From NCBI RefSeq assembly GCF_006345805.1, contig NC_043004.1:56420001-56484000 (forward strand): 64,000 bases of DNA. Reading direction: 5' to 3'. The notes below the pieces were generated by a model that did not search any database, had not been told where the DNA came from, and worked only from the letters and a program-made list of their open reading frames with translations. The stretch comes from Octopus sinensis (Eukaryota). Shown piece after piece: positions 39,105 to 52,630 of this stretch (positions are counted from its first letter, which is position 1; the number at the start of each line of letters is the position of its first letter). The position numbers and the translations under genes were made by a program.

Positions 39105-39239
39105 TTTTATATTTATATATTATTTTATTTATTAATTTATTTATTTATTATTATTTTTTTTATTATTATAAAAATATCAAAAGTATTAAAAGTTTAATAA
39201 AAGATTATATATATATATAAATATGTATATATATGTAGA

Positions 39240-39282
<43 letters not shown>

Positions 39283-39884
39283 ATTAGTAACGATATTTCT
39301 GTGCAAACACACATTCTCCACACAACCTAAACGACCTTTTCCCGAAATCCAGACAATACTGACCAGCTGCCACCACTATCGCTAACGTACTTAATAACTT
39401 TGATGACACCTACATAAAAGTATTCTATATACATTTGAGATGTCTCTGATGTTCCACAAACTATCATAATATTTACGAAGTCACATAACCTATTAGCTTG
39501 AACCACACTACGCCGTCGATCCACCTCAAACCTCTGATTTGTTTTTACTGCTTTTACAGTAGTCTGTACACTCCGTAGTTCCTTTGTCTTATTTTACATC
39601 TACATAGAAGTCTCGATTATCTAGTGGCGTTTTTCATCACATACACCACACTAAAACTCTGATCCTCAGCCTAAGAACGTTGATTTCTTGAGTTTCTACT
39701 CTGTCTTACATTTTGCCGGTATAGTCCAAAAGGTATATTAACCTCATCTACTTTTGAGGTTTCATGTAACTTCTAAAGAACAGTGGCTCAGCTTTTTCCT
39801 CTCGAATGAAGAAATAACATTGACGTTTGCAATATCGATTTTGCTGCTAGCAAGAAACTATCACCAACAATATTACTATAATCA

Positions 39885-40480
39885 AAAGGTGGCTAGCCGG
39901 CTAAATAGTTAGCACGCCAGACAAAATATTTAGCGGTATTTCATCCATCTTCATGTTCTGAGTTCAGTCTCAGCCGAAGTCGATAAAACATGTACTATTT
40001 GAGCACTGGGGTTCGATGTAATCGACTTACTACTTCTGAATTTGTTGGCCTTATGCTCAGAAACCTGGACGTTATCAAAGAAGATTGAGAGGCGGTTGGA
40101 TGGAACCTACACCCGCCTCCTTATGAGAGCTCAAAATCTCTCGTGGAAGCGTCATCCAACCAAAATGCAAATATATGTGAAACTACCACCTGTGTCATCT
40201 CTTGTGAAAGGTAGGAGAGTCCAGTTTGCTGGACATTGTTGTAGAGCTGAAAAAGAAGTAATTTCTACTCTTATCCTCTGGAAGCCATCTACTCGCAGTA
40301 CCAGAGGGCGCAAACTCTCCTACCCTGATGTAATCTCCAGGGATACAGGCATCCAGCAACAGGACCTCCGTAATGCCATGATGGACCGTGAAGTCTGGCG
40401 TAGCCTGGTAAATTCCATTGTCTCGACCACGGTCGAACAATGATGATGATGATGGCCTTATGCGAAAATTTGAAACTAAT
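39885..40480 (+). mobile_element. Family-D SINE-like copy split by an RTE insertion
   Basis: Head at about 39890-40056; its normal continuation (aaaatttgaaac) resumes after 40463. Confidence 0.7.
40057..40452 (+). mobile_element. 5'-truncated RTE-type LINE 3' end with (TGA)n tail
   Basis: SETWTLSKKIERRLDGTYTRLLMRAQNLSW...RRVQFAGHC...DREVWR followed by tgatgatgatga. 11-bp TSD tggccttatgc at 40046-40056 and 40453-40463. Confidence 0.9.
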
Positions 40481-40494
40481 ATTATTATAGTTAA

Positions 40495-40710
40495 AAGACG
40501 GCGAGCTGGTAGTCATTAATAGACCGGGCAAAGTGCTTAATAGCATTTCGTCCATCTTTACGTTTTGAGTTAAAATGCCACCGAGGTAGACATTGCTTTT
40601 CATTCTTTCGGGTTGATAAAATATGTGCCACTTGAAAACTGAGTTTGATGTATTCGACTTACCCTTCCCGCGGAATTACTGGGCTTGTGCCAACATTTAT
40701 AACTAACATA
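40495..40710 (+). mobile_element. Diverged family-D SINE-like copy
   Basis: ggcgagctggtag...gagttaaaatgccaccgaggt...ttgataaaat. Confidence 0.7.
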
Positions 40711-40750
40711 ATTATAATTAAATCTTTATATTCTACGGTGGAGGGGGGAG

Positions 40751-40930
40751 TGGAGGCGCAATGGCCCAGTGGTTAGGGCAGTGGACTCGCGGTCGGAGGC
40801 TCGCTGTTTCGATTCCCAGACCGGGCGTTTTGTGTTTATTGAGCGAAAACGCATAAAGCTCCACGACACGCTGGCAGGGGGGGTGGCGACCCCTGTTGTA
40901 CTCTTTCGCCCCAACTTTCTCTCATTCTTT
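40751..40930 (+). mobile_element. Family-A SINE, 3'-truncated
   Basis: ggaggcgcaatggcccagtggttagggcagtggactcgcgg...tttcgattcccagaccgggcg. Confidence 0.85.
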
Positions 40931-41442
40931 CTTTCAGTTTCTTGAGAAACGCGTCACTGGCGTACCCGTCCGGCTGGCCACGGGCTGGTACCGGGCCCAT
41001 TATAGGTTTCTAAGCTTTGGAGTTAGCTGAGAATTATGATGGTGTTGTTCTAAATTTATAAGTGTAGTAATAAAACGTTTTACAAACGGTTTTATGTTTC
41101 TGTTAAATATTTAAATCAACAATTTAGATCTTTGTTACTTCCAAGCGCTTTCAAGTCGTTAATATTTTTCATATCGTCTGAGCTAATGCTTATGGTGTTA
41201 TTGCCTCCTCCTTAAGCTTCAATTGTTTTTGGCGCAGTATTGACATCTCTTTAGTTTTTACCTGGTATTCAGTAAAATCAGTTTGTTCGCGAGTTGAAGT
41301 GTTTGCTTTGTTTAAGGAGTCACTGTCGCTTTCTATAACGGTTTATTATTTGCGACTTAGAGGGTGTCTCTTCCTTTCGGCGTCCTTTGATTTCGGATAT
41401 TATATTTCATCTCTTGTACTTCTCTAGTATTTGCGACTCCTC

Positions 41443-41541
41443 TTCCTTCCTTCCTTCCTTCCTTCCTTCCTTCCTTCCTTCCTTCCTTCCTTCCTTCCTT
41501 CCTTCCTTCCTTCCTTCCTTCCTTCCTTCCTTCCTTCCTTC

Positions 41542-41619
<78 letters not shown>

Positions 41620-41620
41620 C
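41443..41620. repeat. (TTCC)n(TTTC)n microsatellite
   Basis: Direct reading. Confidence 0.95.
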
Positions 41621-42218
41621 ATTTGTTTCATTTTCCTCATTTCATTAAAGGTTCAGAGAAAAAAGATAGATCTTGTATTCAACATTTAACTGAATTTGTG
41701 GGTTCTCTTTCTCATTGGGACTTTTGTTCCGCTGTGATTTTCTTTAAATAATCTTATATTCTAAGTAGTTTCGAGGAAGTCTCCACTCTCCTATGTGATT
41801 ATTCTGGATGTTACTCGGTTTACCCACAGATTGTTGATGTTTGCACCTGTTTTTCACATTCTTTTGTTGCTACAGTTTTATCGTTAGTCATATATTTTTG
41901 GGATAAAATTCGTTGACCTTATTTCTTACTTCCACCTTCAAGTTATTGTCATAGTCAGTACTTGTATATTCTGAATGTTGCAATCGTGAATCTTTCTCCT
42001 CTTCGCTTACATCCACATTTTCATATACGTTGTTTCATTCTGATTTTCCGATTCAAGAGTCTGTTAACGTTTGATCTGTTTTTTCTTATTCTGCTATATG
42101 TTATATGTTACTAACGTTAGTTTGTTAGTGTGTATTTTTTGTTGGTTTTCTGTGACATGCCTGCTGCATATCTTTTTAATTTTCTATCTTCTATTTCAAT
42201 GATTTTGGTATCCAAAAT

Positions 42219-42591
42219 AGGGGAGGCGCAATGGCCCAGTGGTTAGGGCAGCGGACTCGCGGTCGTAGGATCGTGGTTTCGATTCCCAGACCGGGCGTTG
42301 TGTGTGTTTATTGAGCGAAAACACCTAAAGCTCCACGAGGCTCCGGCAGGGGATGATGGTGATCCCTGCTGTACTCTTTTAGCACAACTTTCTCTCACTC
42401 TTACTTCCTGTTTCTGTTGTACCTGTATTTCAAAGGGCCGGCCTTGTCACTCTCTGTGTCACGCTGAATATCCCCGAGAACTGCGTGTCTGTGGAGTGCT
42501 CAGCCACTTACACGTTAATTTCACGAGCAGGCTGTTCCGTTGATCGGATCAACCGGAACCCTCGTCGTCGTAACCGACGGAGTGAAAAGAA
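42219..42591 (+). mobile_element. Family-A SINE with TSD
   Basis: TSD gtatccaaaat at 42208-42218 and 42592-42602. Confidence 0.9.
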
Positions 42592-43090
42592 GTATCCAAA
42601 ATGCATCTTCGAATTTATCTTGTTTATTGGGATCTAAATTATTTTATCTCTCCATGTTTCAATATATTCTGTGAAAATTTAGCTTCAAGATAACTATATA
42701 GTATGCTCTCGCTTCTACTTATGCTTATTCTCTTTGATCGGGACTTACGGAGTAAAATCAACTGTTTATTGAAAATAGATTGTCATAATATTCGGGAAGA
42801 GAAAACGAGTTGGATATTTGTTGAGCAGCAGTTCCTGAGGCAAATAAACTATAAATGGTTTTCTTCTGTGTAAGAGTTACAGAGATTGTTGCAATCAAAA
42901 TAACGTATGGCTTATAATATTTCAGTATAGCTCATGCGGGCTAATACGTTAGTGAATGTTCCATGTGTATCTGGATAATGATATAGTTGTTAAACTGTCG
43001 GGGTTTACAATATGTGTAGGTGCTTATTGAAATTTCCTCCGACCTAGCGAAATATATATTGGTCTTTCGGCCAATTTCTCTTTCTCTTTT

Positions 43091-43393
43091 CTCTTTTACT
43101 TGTTTCAGTCATTTGACTGCGGCCATGCTGGAGCACTGCCTTTAATCGAGCAACTCGACCGCGGGACTTATTCTTTGTAAGCCCAGTACTTATTCTATCG
43201 GTCTCTTTTTAGGGGGACAAACACAGACACACAAACACACATACATACATATACGACGGGCTTCTTTCAGTTTCCGTCTACCAAATCCACTCACAAGGCT
43301 TTGGTCGGCCCGAGGCTATAGTAGAAGACACTTGCCCAAGGTGCCACGCAGTGGGACTGAACCCAGAACCATGTGGTTGGTAAACAAGCGACT
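43091..43393 (-). mobile_element. Family-B SINE body and tail, separated from its head by the Tx1 insertion
   Basis: Ends at ...catgtggttggtaaacaagcgact. The missing head lies at 48763-48806. Confidence 0.85.
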
Positions 43394-43622
43394 TTATTTC
43401 ATATAATTTGCCATTTAGGCAGTTACAAAGAGGGGACTAACAAGTACAGACAAATATAAAGGGTGAAGTAACTTAACACAGTTACAATTTTCGAATGAAA
43501 TTACGGATAAGATTATAAACAATGAATTTTACGAAGGCAATGTTTAAAAATATTAATGATCATGTCGAAGGACGGACACCCAGCCATCCGGGTAGAACCT
43601 TTACTTTCTGATCCGGTCACTC

Positions 43623-46600
43623 TTACCTGGTGCCAAACATACCCATCTTGCATGCCACAGGCTTCCATCTTTTCACAAACATATCTCGTGACAGACACCT
43701 CTTCTCCAGCCTGATTTTGCTACTGAGGTGGTAACTAAAAAAGTTTATCAACCCCTGGCCGGAGACAAAGGTGCCTGTCACTATACCTTTCGTACGCGTC
43801 TTCCATACTGTTTCTTTCAGTATGGCTACTACACAGAAAAAACAAGCCTTTCTTTCCCTGTTAAGGAAAGGGGGCGGCACAATCTCGATGATAGACTCAG
43901 CTGATAGCTGTACTCTTCCCATCACTGACAACAGTTGTTCAAAAAAAGCTATCAGTCCCGATAACTCCGGACACTCCACGAATGCGTGCAAGACGGTCTC
44001 CCTATCCTGCTCACATCGCGGGCATGTCGGCGAGACGGCACTACCGTGCCTTGACAGCTTGTCGCGAACAGGTAAAGCCGCACGGAAACACTGCCAGGCC
44101 AGGGATTTCTGGTAATTATCCAGAAACCCCGGCCCGGACGTCCTCCGGAACAGGTTGATCAACTGATTTTCATCGTAGCCCAGGGTCTCCCCCAAGGCGT
44201 CTTCGGACTTAATCTCCACTAACCCGCTATAGAAATCCGTGGTGGAACTCCTGTTGCCGGCGTTGCCCACCCGAGATAGTAGCTGGAGCGCCTGACGGCA
44301 CTCCAAATGACATTCACTCAGTTTAGGTCTCCGCTTGATCCATGCACCGATGTCCGTTAGGGATGTTAACTGGGGAAGGTAGAACCGGACGTGCGGTGAC
44401 CACACCTGCTCTCCATCCAGGTAAAGCCAGAGATGCCTCAACCTTAACGCGAGTTTTCGCATCCTCAGCCAAGGCATCCCTAGCCCACTCTTTAGCGGTT
44501 TCTGGCAGCAGACAGAGCGCTTTACAAGTGGCTTTCCTCCTTTCCACAAAAATCGGAAAAGGATTCTCTCCAACTTGTTCAGCCACAAATCGGGGCAAGG
44601 CACCACGGTCAGACGGTAGGTGATTACTGATGCTATAAACATCTGCACCACCTCCGCCTTCCCTAGCAGGGAAAACGCCCGCCCAGACCAGGTCTGGGTT
44701 AGAGCGGTCACCTTGTTGGCCACCTCACTCCAATTTTTCTCAATCTGGAGGTCTGGCCCGAACCAGACTCCAGGTGCCGAGTTGCAAACCGACCGACTTG
44801 TCCTTGTTAACCTTTGCTCCTGCCACCGCCTCGTAGCTTTTGATGGCCTCTTTCACCACTGGAAGCTGGCCTTCGTCTGCCACGATGATGGAGGTGTCAT
44901 CCGCATACGCCGTAGCTCCTCTTCTACACCATAGATCATGCGGCGCGCCCCCTAGTGCCTCCAACTTCCGCAGCAAAGGCTCAAGAGCCAATACGTATAG
45001 GAGCGAGGACAGGGGACACCCTTGACGAACTGAACGCTCGATCCTGAACGGCTTCGAAAAGGAACCGTTCACCTTGACTACAGACTCGATGTCGCTATAC
45101 AAAGCAGCGATCCAACCTCGAAAGGTCGGGCCTAGGCCAGCCTCTCCGAGGACCGCCGCCAGGTACCGATGGTCGACCCTATCAAACGCTTTAGACTGGT
45201 CTAAATGTACCAGTGCTCCCCCTGTGCCAGAAAGCTTCCCCACCCTCTCTAAGGAGTAGCGTATAAGGTGGAGATTGTCGTGGATCGTTCTGCAGGGGAT
45301 AGCGCACGTTTGCGCTTCCCCGACAAGTTTGTCCACGACACGCGCCAAACTTTTTGATAGCACCTTCGCTAGAATCTTTAACTCCGTGTTTAACAGAGTT
45401 ATGGGCCTGAAGTTCCCTATCTCGTCCTCCTTGTTCGGGTCCTTCCTGATCAACGTCACCGCCCCCCGGCTCGCAGACTTGGGAATTCTCCCATTCTGCT
45501 GCCAGTTGGCGTAGACGCTAGCCAGCAGGTGCCCGAACAAGTCTGGCATACTTCTATAAAATTCATAGGGCAGATCATCGAGACCCGGCGACTTCTCCCC
45601 GGGGCACTTGCCCAACACCTCGATTACTTCCTCGGCTGTGATTGGCCCTTCACTGCACTCAGCCTCTCGTGTCGAGAGGCGCGGGCCACCAGACAGGAAG
45701 TCCCTAAGGGCCTCACCATGATCCAGCGTCCCGCACCTCCCGAACAACTCGGCGAAGTGCTTGTGAAGTGCCTCACACATCCCGCTTCTTGATCGTGCAT
45801 CCGTTGTCATCAATAAGAGACTCAATTGTGGCATCGTTTCCACGCTGTGTTTCTATCGTACGGGCCCATCCGGCAACATTAATTCCCTCACGGCCCAATG
45901 CTCGTACTTTAGCCCGGACTCTACATCCCTCATGTTTGGTTTTGAGGTGACGGTCTAATGCCGTTCTCGCCGCTAAAATGTGAGATGCAGAGCCCAACCT
46001 CAACGGCTCCTCTAAGTTCTTAACTAGTTGCCCTTCTATTCTAGCCCTATCTAGTCTTAGTTGTTTACTAAATCTAATGGACTCGAATCGAATGGCTCTT
46101 TTGAGGGCGAACCACCACCGGTTATTAACCACGGCTCCGGTTAACGCCCTCTGCACTAACACCTTAATCCGGCTACGGTATGCCTCGCGTGTCAAAGTAG
46201 ACTTGTTCAGCTTCCAGTAGCCGGTTCCTATCTTAAGTGTGCTATCTATGTCCAGTCTACACGTGACCATTCTATGGTCAGTATAGGGCACCTGGACGAG
46301 CTGTGGACAACTAAAACTAGACTTATCTCTAGTTCTTATCACTATCCTGTCTAGATAAGACTTGAACCTTCCGTCGCCACTCATCCAGGTCCACTCTGGG
46401 ACGTTCGGATGGTCAAGTCTGTAACGATCTGCCAGCTGAAACCGCTTAAGCAGATCCACGAGACGTGAGTTCACTTTCCTATAGATCGAGCCAACGCTAT
46501 CGATGTGTACGTCAACGATAGCATTAAAGTCCCCTAATATCACTAAAGTCTTCGACGTCACGAGAAAGCCCTCTAGGCGCCGATAAAAATCAGTTTGGAA

Positions 46601-46951
46601 ACCTCTAGCACAAGGTGCATAGAGTCCGATCAACCTGAAGGCCTTACTGCTGTATGTCACATCAAGGACGACCAGCCCACCTTCTGGGTCTACATAGACT
46701 GTACTTGTCTGTAGAGCCAAGTCTTTACGGATCAGTACCACTACGCCCCCTCGCCCTCCGGTCTGGCCAGGAGACATGATTTTCTCGTAGCCATTCAGGA
46801 GAGGCGAGAAGGTTTATAGGCTGTCCAGCTTGGTCTCTGTAGCAACCATCACATGTATATTATGAGATCTGAGGTCGTCGAGGAAACAAGCCTGCTTCCA
46901 CTTCGAACTCAGACCACGCACATTTAAACAACCAAGGTTAAGCGAAGCCAT
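43623..46951 (-). pseudogene. Tx1 ORF2 (APE endonuclease, reverse transcriptase, zf-RVT-like finger), with stops and frameshifts
   Basis: MASLNLGCLNVRGL, ATETK, ILGDFNA, SYLDRIV, TDH; SPGLDDLPYEFY, FRPITLLNTELKILAK, LDQSKAFDRVDH, VRQGCPLS, YADD; CPRCEQDRETVLHAFVEC. Confidence 0.92.
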
Positions 46952-46968
46952 TACAAAAAGTAAAAGTT

Positions 46969-48371
46969 CTACTTACATTTCGTTGGAGAGGTGGGAGCCG
47001 ACCTCACCACACGTTTGTGGGCCCCTTCTTTCTCCTCTTTCTTCAGATAGTCCGGCAAGTTCGCGATATGCCGGATGGCATTTGGGTGTCTGTCTTTTAA
47101 TTGTTTGAACGTTGTTTCCGCAATCCACGCGTGTCTATTTCGATCTTTGTATTTGTTGTACAGTCTTGCTGACTGATGCTGAACCACAATATCGTTTATG
47201 TATTTGTCTTGTGTGTCGAATTCAATTAATATGAGTTCATTTTCTTTTTTGTCTTCTTTTTCTGGGCCAGTTGAGCGGGATTTTTTTTCCGTGTCTGTGG
47301 TGTGTCTTTGTTTTTCTTATTTTTTGTAGGGGATGTGGACGGGGATGCTGCACGAATTCTTTTACGAACTGGTGTAAATCCCCCCTCTGATACCTCCATG
47401 GTATCGTCTGGGGTAGCAATAGTTTGTTCGGTAGGCGCCGCAGTTTTTAGGGGGGTGGGAGGTTTTAATAGTGTAGGGTTTTGTGAGTGCGAGGGCTGGG
47501 TTTTATCTTCAGTCTGTTTTGGGGTTGGCACCGTAACAGCAGGAGTGGGATTTTTTGTTTTTGTAGGGGTAGGGGTGTTTGCAAGGGTAGGGACTTTTTT
47601 ATTATCTGAGGGGCCTGGTGTCTGCGGTTTCTTTTGCTTGTCTGGACAGTCTACACGAATGTGGCCCTTTTTGCCGCAGGCGTAACAGGTGGGTTTTCGG
47701 CCTTCGACCTGTACCCTGAGGGCTACGTTCTCGCCCACGAGCACCCTCTCAGGAAGGAGCTGCAGGTCCTCCGCTGTTCATTGAATTAATATGTTAATGT
47801 TACGCCCGAGCCAAAATAGAGGGGTAAAGCATGTTACTTGAAGTATTTTTATTTTGTCCGCCCTTTTTTATAACAGGGCGGCCACTACCTCTACCGGATC
47901 TACTTCCGGCGGGGCTTCTACAATCCTGACCCGGGACGTCCTGCGTCCCCTATAGCTTGGGAAAAGTACCACCTCCTTGGTTTTTAGGGGGTTCACAGAA
48001 TGCCCGCGGGCCATTTCTTCCCCCGAGAAGCGGACATCCACAGTGCCATATGCCCGTCCCCTGGCGACGTACACGATGTCCTTCCAAATCGGGGACAGGC
48101 ATTTCTCGATGGTGCTTTTTTCAAAGTGTTTCAACCTTCTGCTTTGTGGACAGAAAGTTTTAAACACTACGGTCCGCTTCTCGGTCTCCACGATACTGGC
48201 GGAGGGTGATATTTTAACATCACCACCCTCCTCTTGCATTCTTTTAAATAGCTCAACGAGCTGATTGACATCGATGTCAATGTTCTCGGTAGCCACTGCG
48301 GCTACCGTAGAAAATTTTTTAACATTGCTCTCCTCAAGAGCACTACTTTCGTGAATAATTTCAACAGACAT
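46969..48371 (-). pseudogene. Tx1 ORF1 (gag-like nucleic-acid-binding protein), with two in-frame stops and a frameshift
   Basis: MSVEIIHE...AALL*KRAD...LIQ*TAEDLQLLPERVLVGE...CYACGKKGHIRVDC (CX2CX4HX4C), followed by a P/T/K-rich linker. Confidence 0.85.
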
Positions 48372-48762
48372 TATTCTGTTGAAATTAGACAACACAAAAA
48401 TTACGAATATTGGTTTCCCACAAAACTGGGAAACCTATAGAAAGTTTTTCTTCCAAAGTAGTTCAAAAATTCCAATTCCCACCCCCATTCGGGGGAGGGG
48501 CACGAAAATAGTCTGGCAGGACTATATATAGTCACGTAATATATAGTCACGTAAATAAAAAGCCACAATGGCTAACAGTTCAACGGTAAGAAATTATCCA
48601 ATTATTCCCCGGTAAAACCGGAGAACAAGACAGTTCAGCAACGTTTAAAGACAAATTTTCAGTAGTAGAAATTCAACAATTAACAACACAGCAAAATTCT
48701 TACCGGAAAGAAAACGCGTCCAAACCGTAGTACGGTGAGTAAAGTCACTCTTCAGTCAGTGA

Positions 48763-48806
48763 GGTTAGCAAAGCTACTTACCACACAGCCACTCCTGCGC
48801 CTGTAT
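48763..48806 (-). mobile_element. 5' head of the interrupted family-B SINE
   Basis: ggttagcaaagctacttaccacacagccactcctgcgcctgtat. Confidence 0.85.
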
Positions 48807-48954
48807 ATTTTGCTACAAAATGTTTGACTTAATTTTGCAGTTTTATGCGTGATATATTTTCGAAGGATTTTCAGTCCAGCGGGAAGCTGCTGCGTCGTTT
48901 TGGTTATATAAGAAGAAGTAATTTTCTGCACTAGATCGGTGTGTGACAAAATAT

Positions 48955-49290
48955 GAAAGCGTAGGCTCAGTGGTTAGACCGTCAAGCTTACGATAGTGAG
49001 GTTGTGAGCTCGAATCTCGGACCGGGCTGCGTGTTGTGTTCTTGAGCGAGACACTTTATTTCACGTTGCTCCAGTTAATTCAGCTGTAGAAATGAGTTGC
49101 GACGTCACGGGTGCCAAGCTGTATCGGCATTTGGCTTTCCCTTGGATAACACTGGTGGCGTGGAGAGGGGAGGCAGGTATGCATGGGCGACTGCTGGTCT
49201 TCCATAAACCACCTTGCCCAGACTTGTGACTAGGAGGGTAACTTACTAGTTGCAATCCCATGGTCAGTGTTGTGACCGAAGGGGGTCCCG
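48955..49290 (+). mobile_element. tRNA-derived SINE, family C
   Basis: ggctcagtggttaga...gagctcgaatctcggaccgggc (A and B boxes), then gtgttgtgttcttgagcgagacactttatttcac, tail ending gaccgaagggggtc. Confidence 0.8.
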
Positions 49291-50657
49291 AATTGAGTGA
49301 TACCGCGAGGAGGGAGTGCTGTTGTATAACAGAACGATTCTAGCGACGATGGGATTCGTGTCTTCTGAGATGTAAGGCTAGGGATTTACCAAGTGATTCT
49401 ATTGGAAACGTTTCATTAATTGCATCATAGAGATCGAGGGTTGCAGGGAAGGAGATGAAGAAACTTTTTCATGAAATCCGCTCTTTTACAAAATATCATT
49501 TTAATTCAAACATTCAGCTGTGTTCGCGATATCATTGAGCGAGATTTTGAACAAATTATTGGTTATAGGTCGCGTGAATTTGGAATGTCTGTAGGTTCGC
49601 TGTGAGGCCTCGATCTGTTTGCGGCAAGATTAGAAGAGGATGTTGTAAACGTACCTGTTAACATCGGAGAAGTTCTAGCAATTAAGCTGAACGTGGCTCT
49701 GGTTTTAATCAATAGGTTATCGAAGATTTGAAAAAGTAGTGGAACATCTTTCATATTCGATGAGTGTCACTAACTTTATAGTTAGTATGGGGAACCAGCT
49801 CATAAACGCAGGATAGTAATCACTCGACTATGGCGGGTGTTACGTTCTAATACACCCCACGATAGATGAAAATCCGCGAAGTAGAAACAATACTAGATTA
49901 TATATTTTTTGATTATGTTTATAATTTGTATATATTTATTTTATTATAAACGCAAAACAGCACCACAGAGGAATCGACATAAACTTAAGTAATAAACTGT
50001 GACAGGTGAACCACGATACAACGAGGGATACTGCATAACTCTCTTTCCAGTTGTAGGAACGTGCCCTTTGATTTGTAAAGTAATATATATTTCTATATAA
50101 TCTGAAACCTCTGGTGAATCGCTTGCACCCTTGCTGTTCTTGAATCGAGCACTTAATGGAAAGAACATATTAAAATTATAGGACCGTTTTTAAATGCTAA
50201 TTCTGTCAGCCCACAACCTTAGTTTACCATAATATCAAAATTCCATATACTCAGCTAAACACTCCCCGTGTAAGTTTAGTTTCTAAGATTGATCACTCTG
50301 GCAGAAGGACATTACATTATTCATGATGTTGTCAAGACGTCATGCTTAAATTTACGTAGACAGATAGAGAAATATATAAATATGCACCAACACTTCCCCA
50401 TGTACATATATATAATATTCATAAATTGCTTGCTAATAATTTCATGGTCGCAAAAGGGACGACCGATTGTTCAGAGGTAAAAATTCTGTGCATCGTCACA
50501 CTCAGTCATTCTTGCTTTTGTATGTGTAACACTTTACTTGTGTTTACTAAATATTGTTAATGAAAATACCTAACATCCACAACATGTATAGAATGCTATT
50601 ACTCTTGACCACTGTACTCTTCTTTCTCTCTCACTCTTTCTCTCTCTCTTATTCTAA

Positions 50658-50693
<36 letters not shown>

Positions 50694-51008
50694 TTGTCTG
50701 TCTGTCTTCTCTCTGTTTCTCTACCTACCTACCAGCCTACCTACCTACCTACCTACATACCTAACCTAACTACCTACCTACCTACCTACATACCTAACCT
50801 AACTACCTACCTACCTACCTACCTACCTACCTACCTACATACCAACCCACCGATCTACCTAATTACCAGCCTACGTTCGTACGTACCTACCTACCTACCA
50901 CCTACGCACGTACCTACCTACCTATCTGTCTGTCTTCTGCCTGTTTGTCTATCACTCTATCCATCTATAAATCTATCTGTCAGTCCATCTGTCTGTTTGT
51001 CTGTCTGT

Positions 51009-51061
<53 letters not shown>

Positions 51062-51247
51062 AATCTATCTATCTGTCTATACATACATACATACATACAT
51101 ACATACATACATACATACATACATGCATACATACATACATACATACATACATACATACATACATACATACATACATACATACATACATGCATGCATGCAT
51201 GCATACATACATACATACATACATACATACATACATACATACATACA

Positions 51248-51278
<31 letters not shown>

Positions 51279-51280
51279 GC
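50658..51280. repeat. Compound tetranucleotide microsatellites (CTAT/CTAC/CATA)
   Basis: Direct reading. Confidence 0.95.
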
Positions 51281-52578
51281 ATAAATGCGTACATTTATCT
51301 ATGTATGCACATGTAAGTAAATTTCCTAATTGGGAAATTTCTACAAAGTTTCCTTTTCTTCTCTATATATGCTACACACCAAAACCAGTTAGCAGATACA
51401 AATTCTATGTGATTTGTTAACTTCATTTCTCAGACAGACACTTTTGGCAGTTGTCTCATTAACAACTCTGCATCATCCGATGCCGCTTATTAGTAACCAG
51501 CGTTTTTACAAAGTTTATAATTGTCTGTCAATGGTTGCGTCTATCTGTCATATATGAAATAAGTGTCACGATACATAAGAGAAAAGTCATACGTGCAAAT
51601 GGAGACTAACTTTATACTAACGATTGTCTAACGTATAATAGTAGCCAAATCACCCTCAAATCAAATCCTTTTGTCTAAAATACGCGATAAGTGTCATTGG
51701 AATTGCTAAATTACAACAAAAGTGTCTGTCGTCCAAAACGATAAAAGACAACGTACACAATCCTTCCCAAACAAATAGATATACAATAATCATAATCTTC
51801 AAATTAGGTTTAAAATACTACGAAGAGCATTAATTGTAAATCTGATAGTACTTAATCAAGTCTACATTACAGAACATGTATTCTTCTCCGAAGAAATAGT
51901 CACCTTATGCAGGTTGGACATGTAGATGATCGTTGACTTGTCTGTGATTGCTTCCCTCTCTATTCTGCATGAAGCAATGAACGCATAAACGTACGGACTT
52001 TTCCGATCCTACGTGAAATTCTCTAATGAGTGACTTTTCGTACTAGAAAAGACAGCTAAACCTTTTCTCCAGTCACTTTCTTTCGTTTTATAAATGAAGA
52101 ATGCTTAAGCTAGTTTACCAATTTTGATTGGCTGATAATATTAGGGCTTTCTCCAGTCTTGGTGGCCATTGAACCCTAATTCGAATTGCTTTTATTTACT
52201 AATTCTTTTGATGTGAAGCTGCATAGCCTAGCAGTTAAATTGTTGGAATCACAATCCTAAGATCATGAGATCGATTCTTAGAAAGGTCGCATTTCATTTG
52301 TCTTTCCTCCAGTGGATGCAGCAAAATTGGACACTAGCAACGGCATCGGGTAGTGTGAATTTGTTTAACCTGCATCTGGTGAGGAGTATAGCACTCTTCG
52401 ACGCTAATATGCCACAGAAACATTGTCTAATGGTTCTATTGTCTTTCAGCTTACCAAGAAATTGTATGGTTCATAATATGGATAATATGCCTAATTCTAT
52501 CTGTCTGTATGTCTGTCTGTCTGTCTGTCTGTCTCCCCCCCTCTCTCTCTCTACACACACACACACACACACATATAT

Positions 52579-52625
<47 letters not shown>

Positions 52626-52630
<5 letters not shown>

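Larger units (their letters stand above)
43394..48762 (-). mobile_element. Near full-length Tx1-clade (L1 group) non-LTR retrotransposon, decayed
   Basis: 5' UTR, ORF1 with a CCHC knuckle, and ORF2 with APE, RT and a C-terminal zinc finger. Imperfect ~15-bp TSD ggtaaacaagcgact (43379-43393) and ggttagcaaagctact (48763-48778). Confidence 0.9.

Noticed and set aside
48715-48760. CTGAAGA-GTGA..TCAC at the Tx1 5' end as a possible hammerhead
   Set aside because: There is no GAAA or stem III after the putative stem II.
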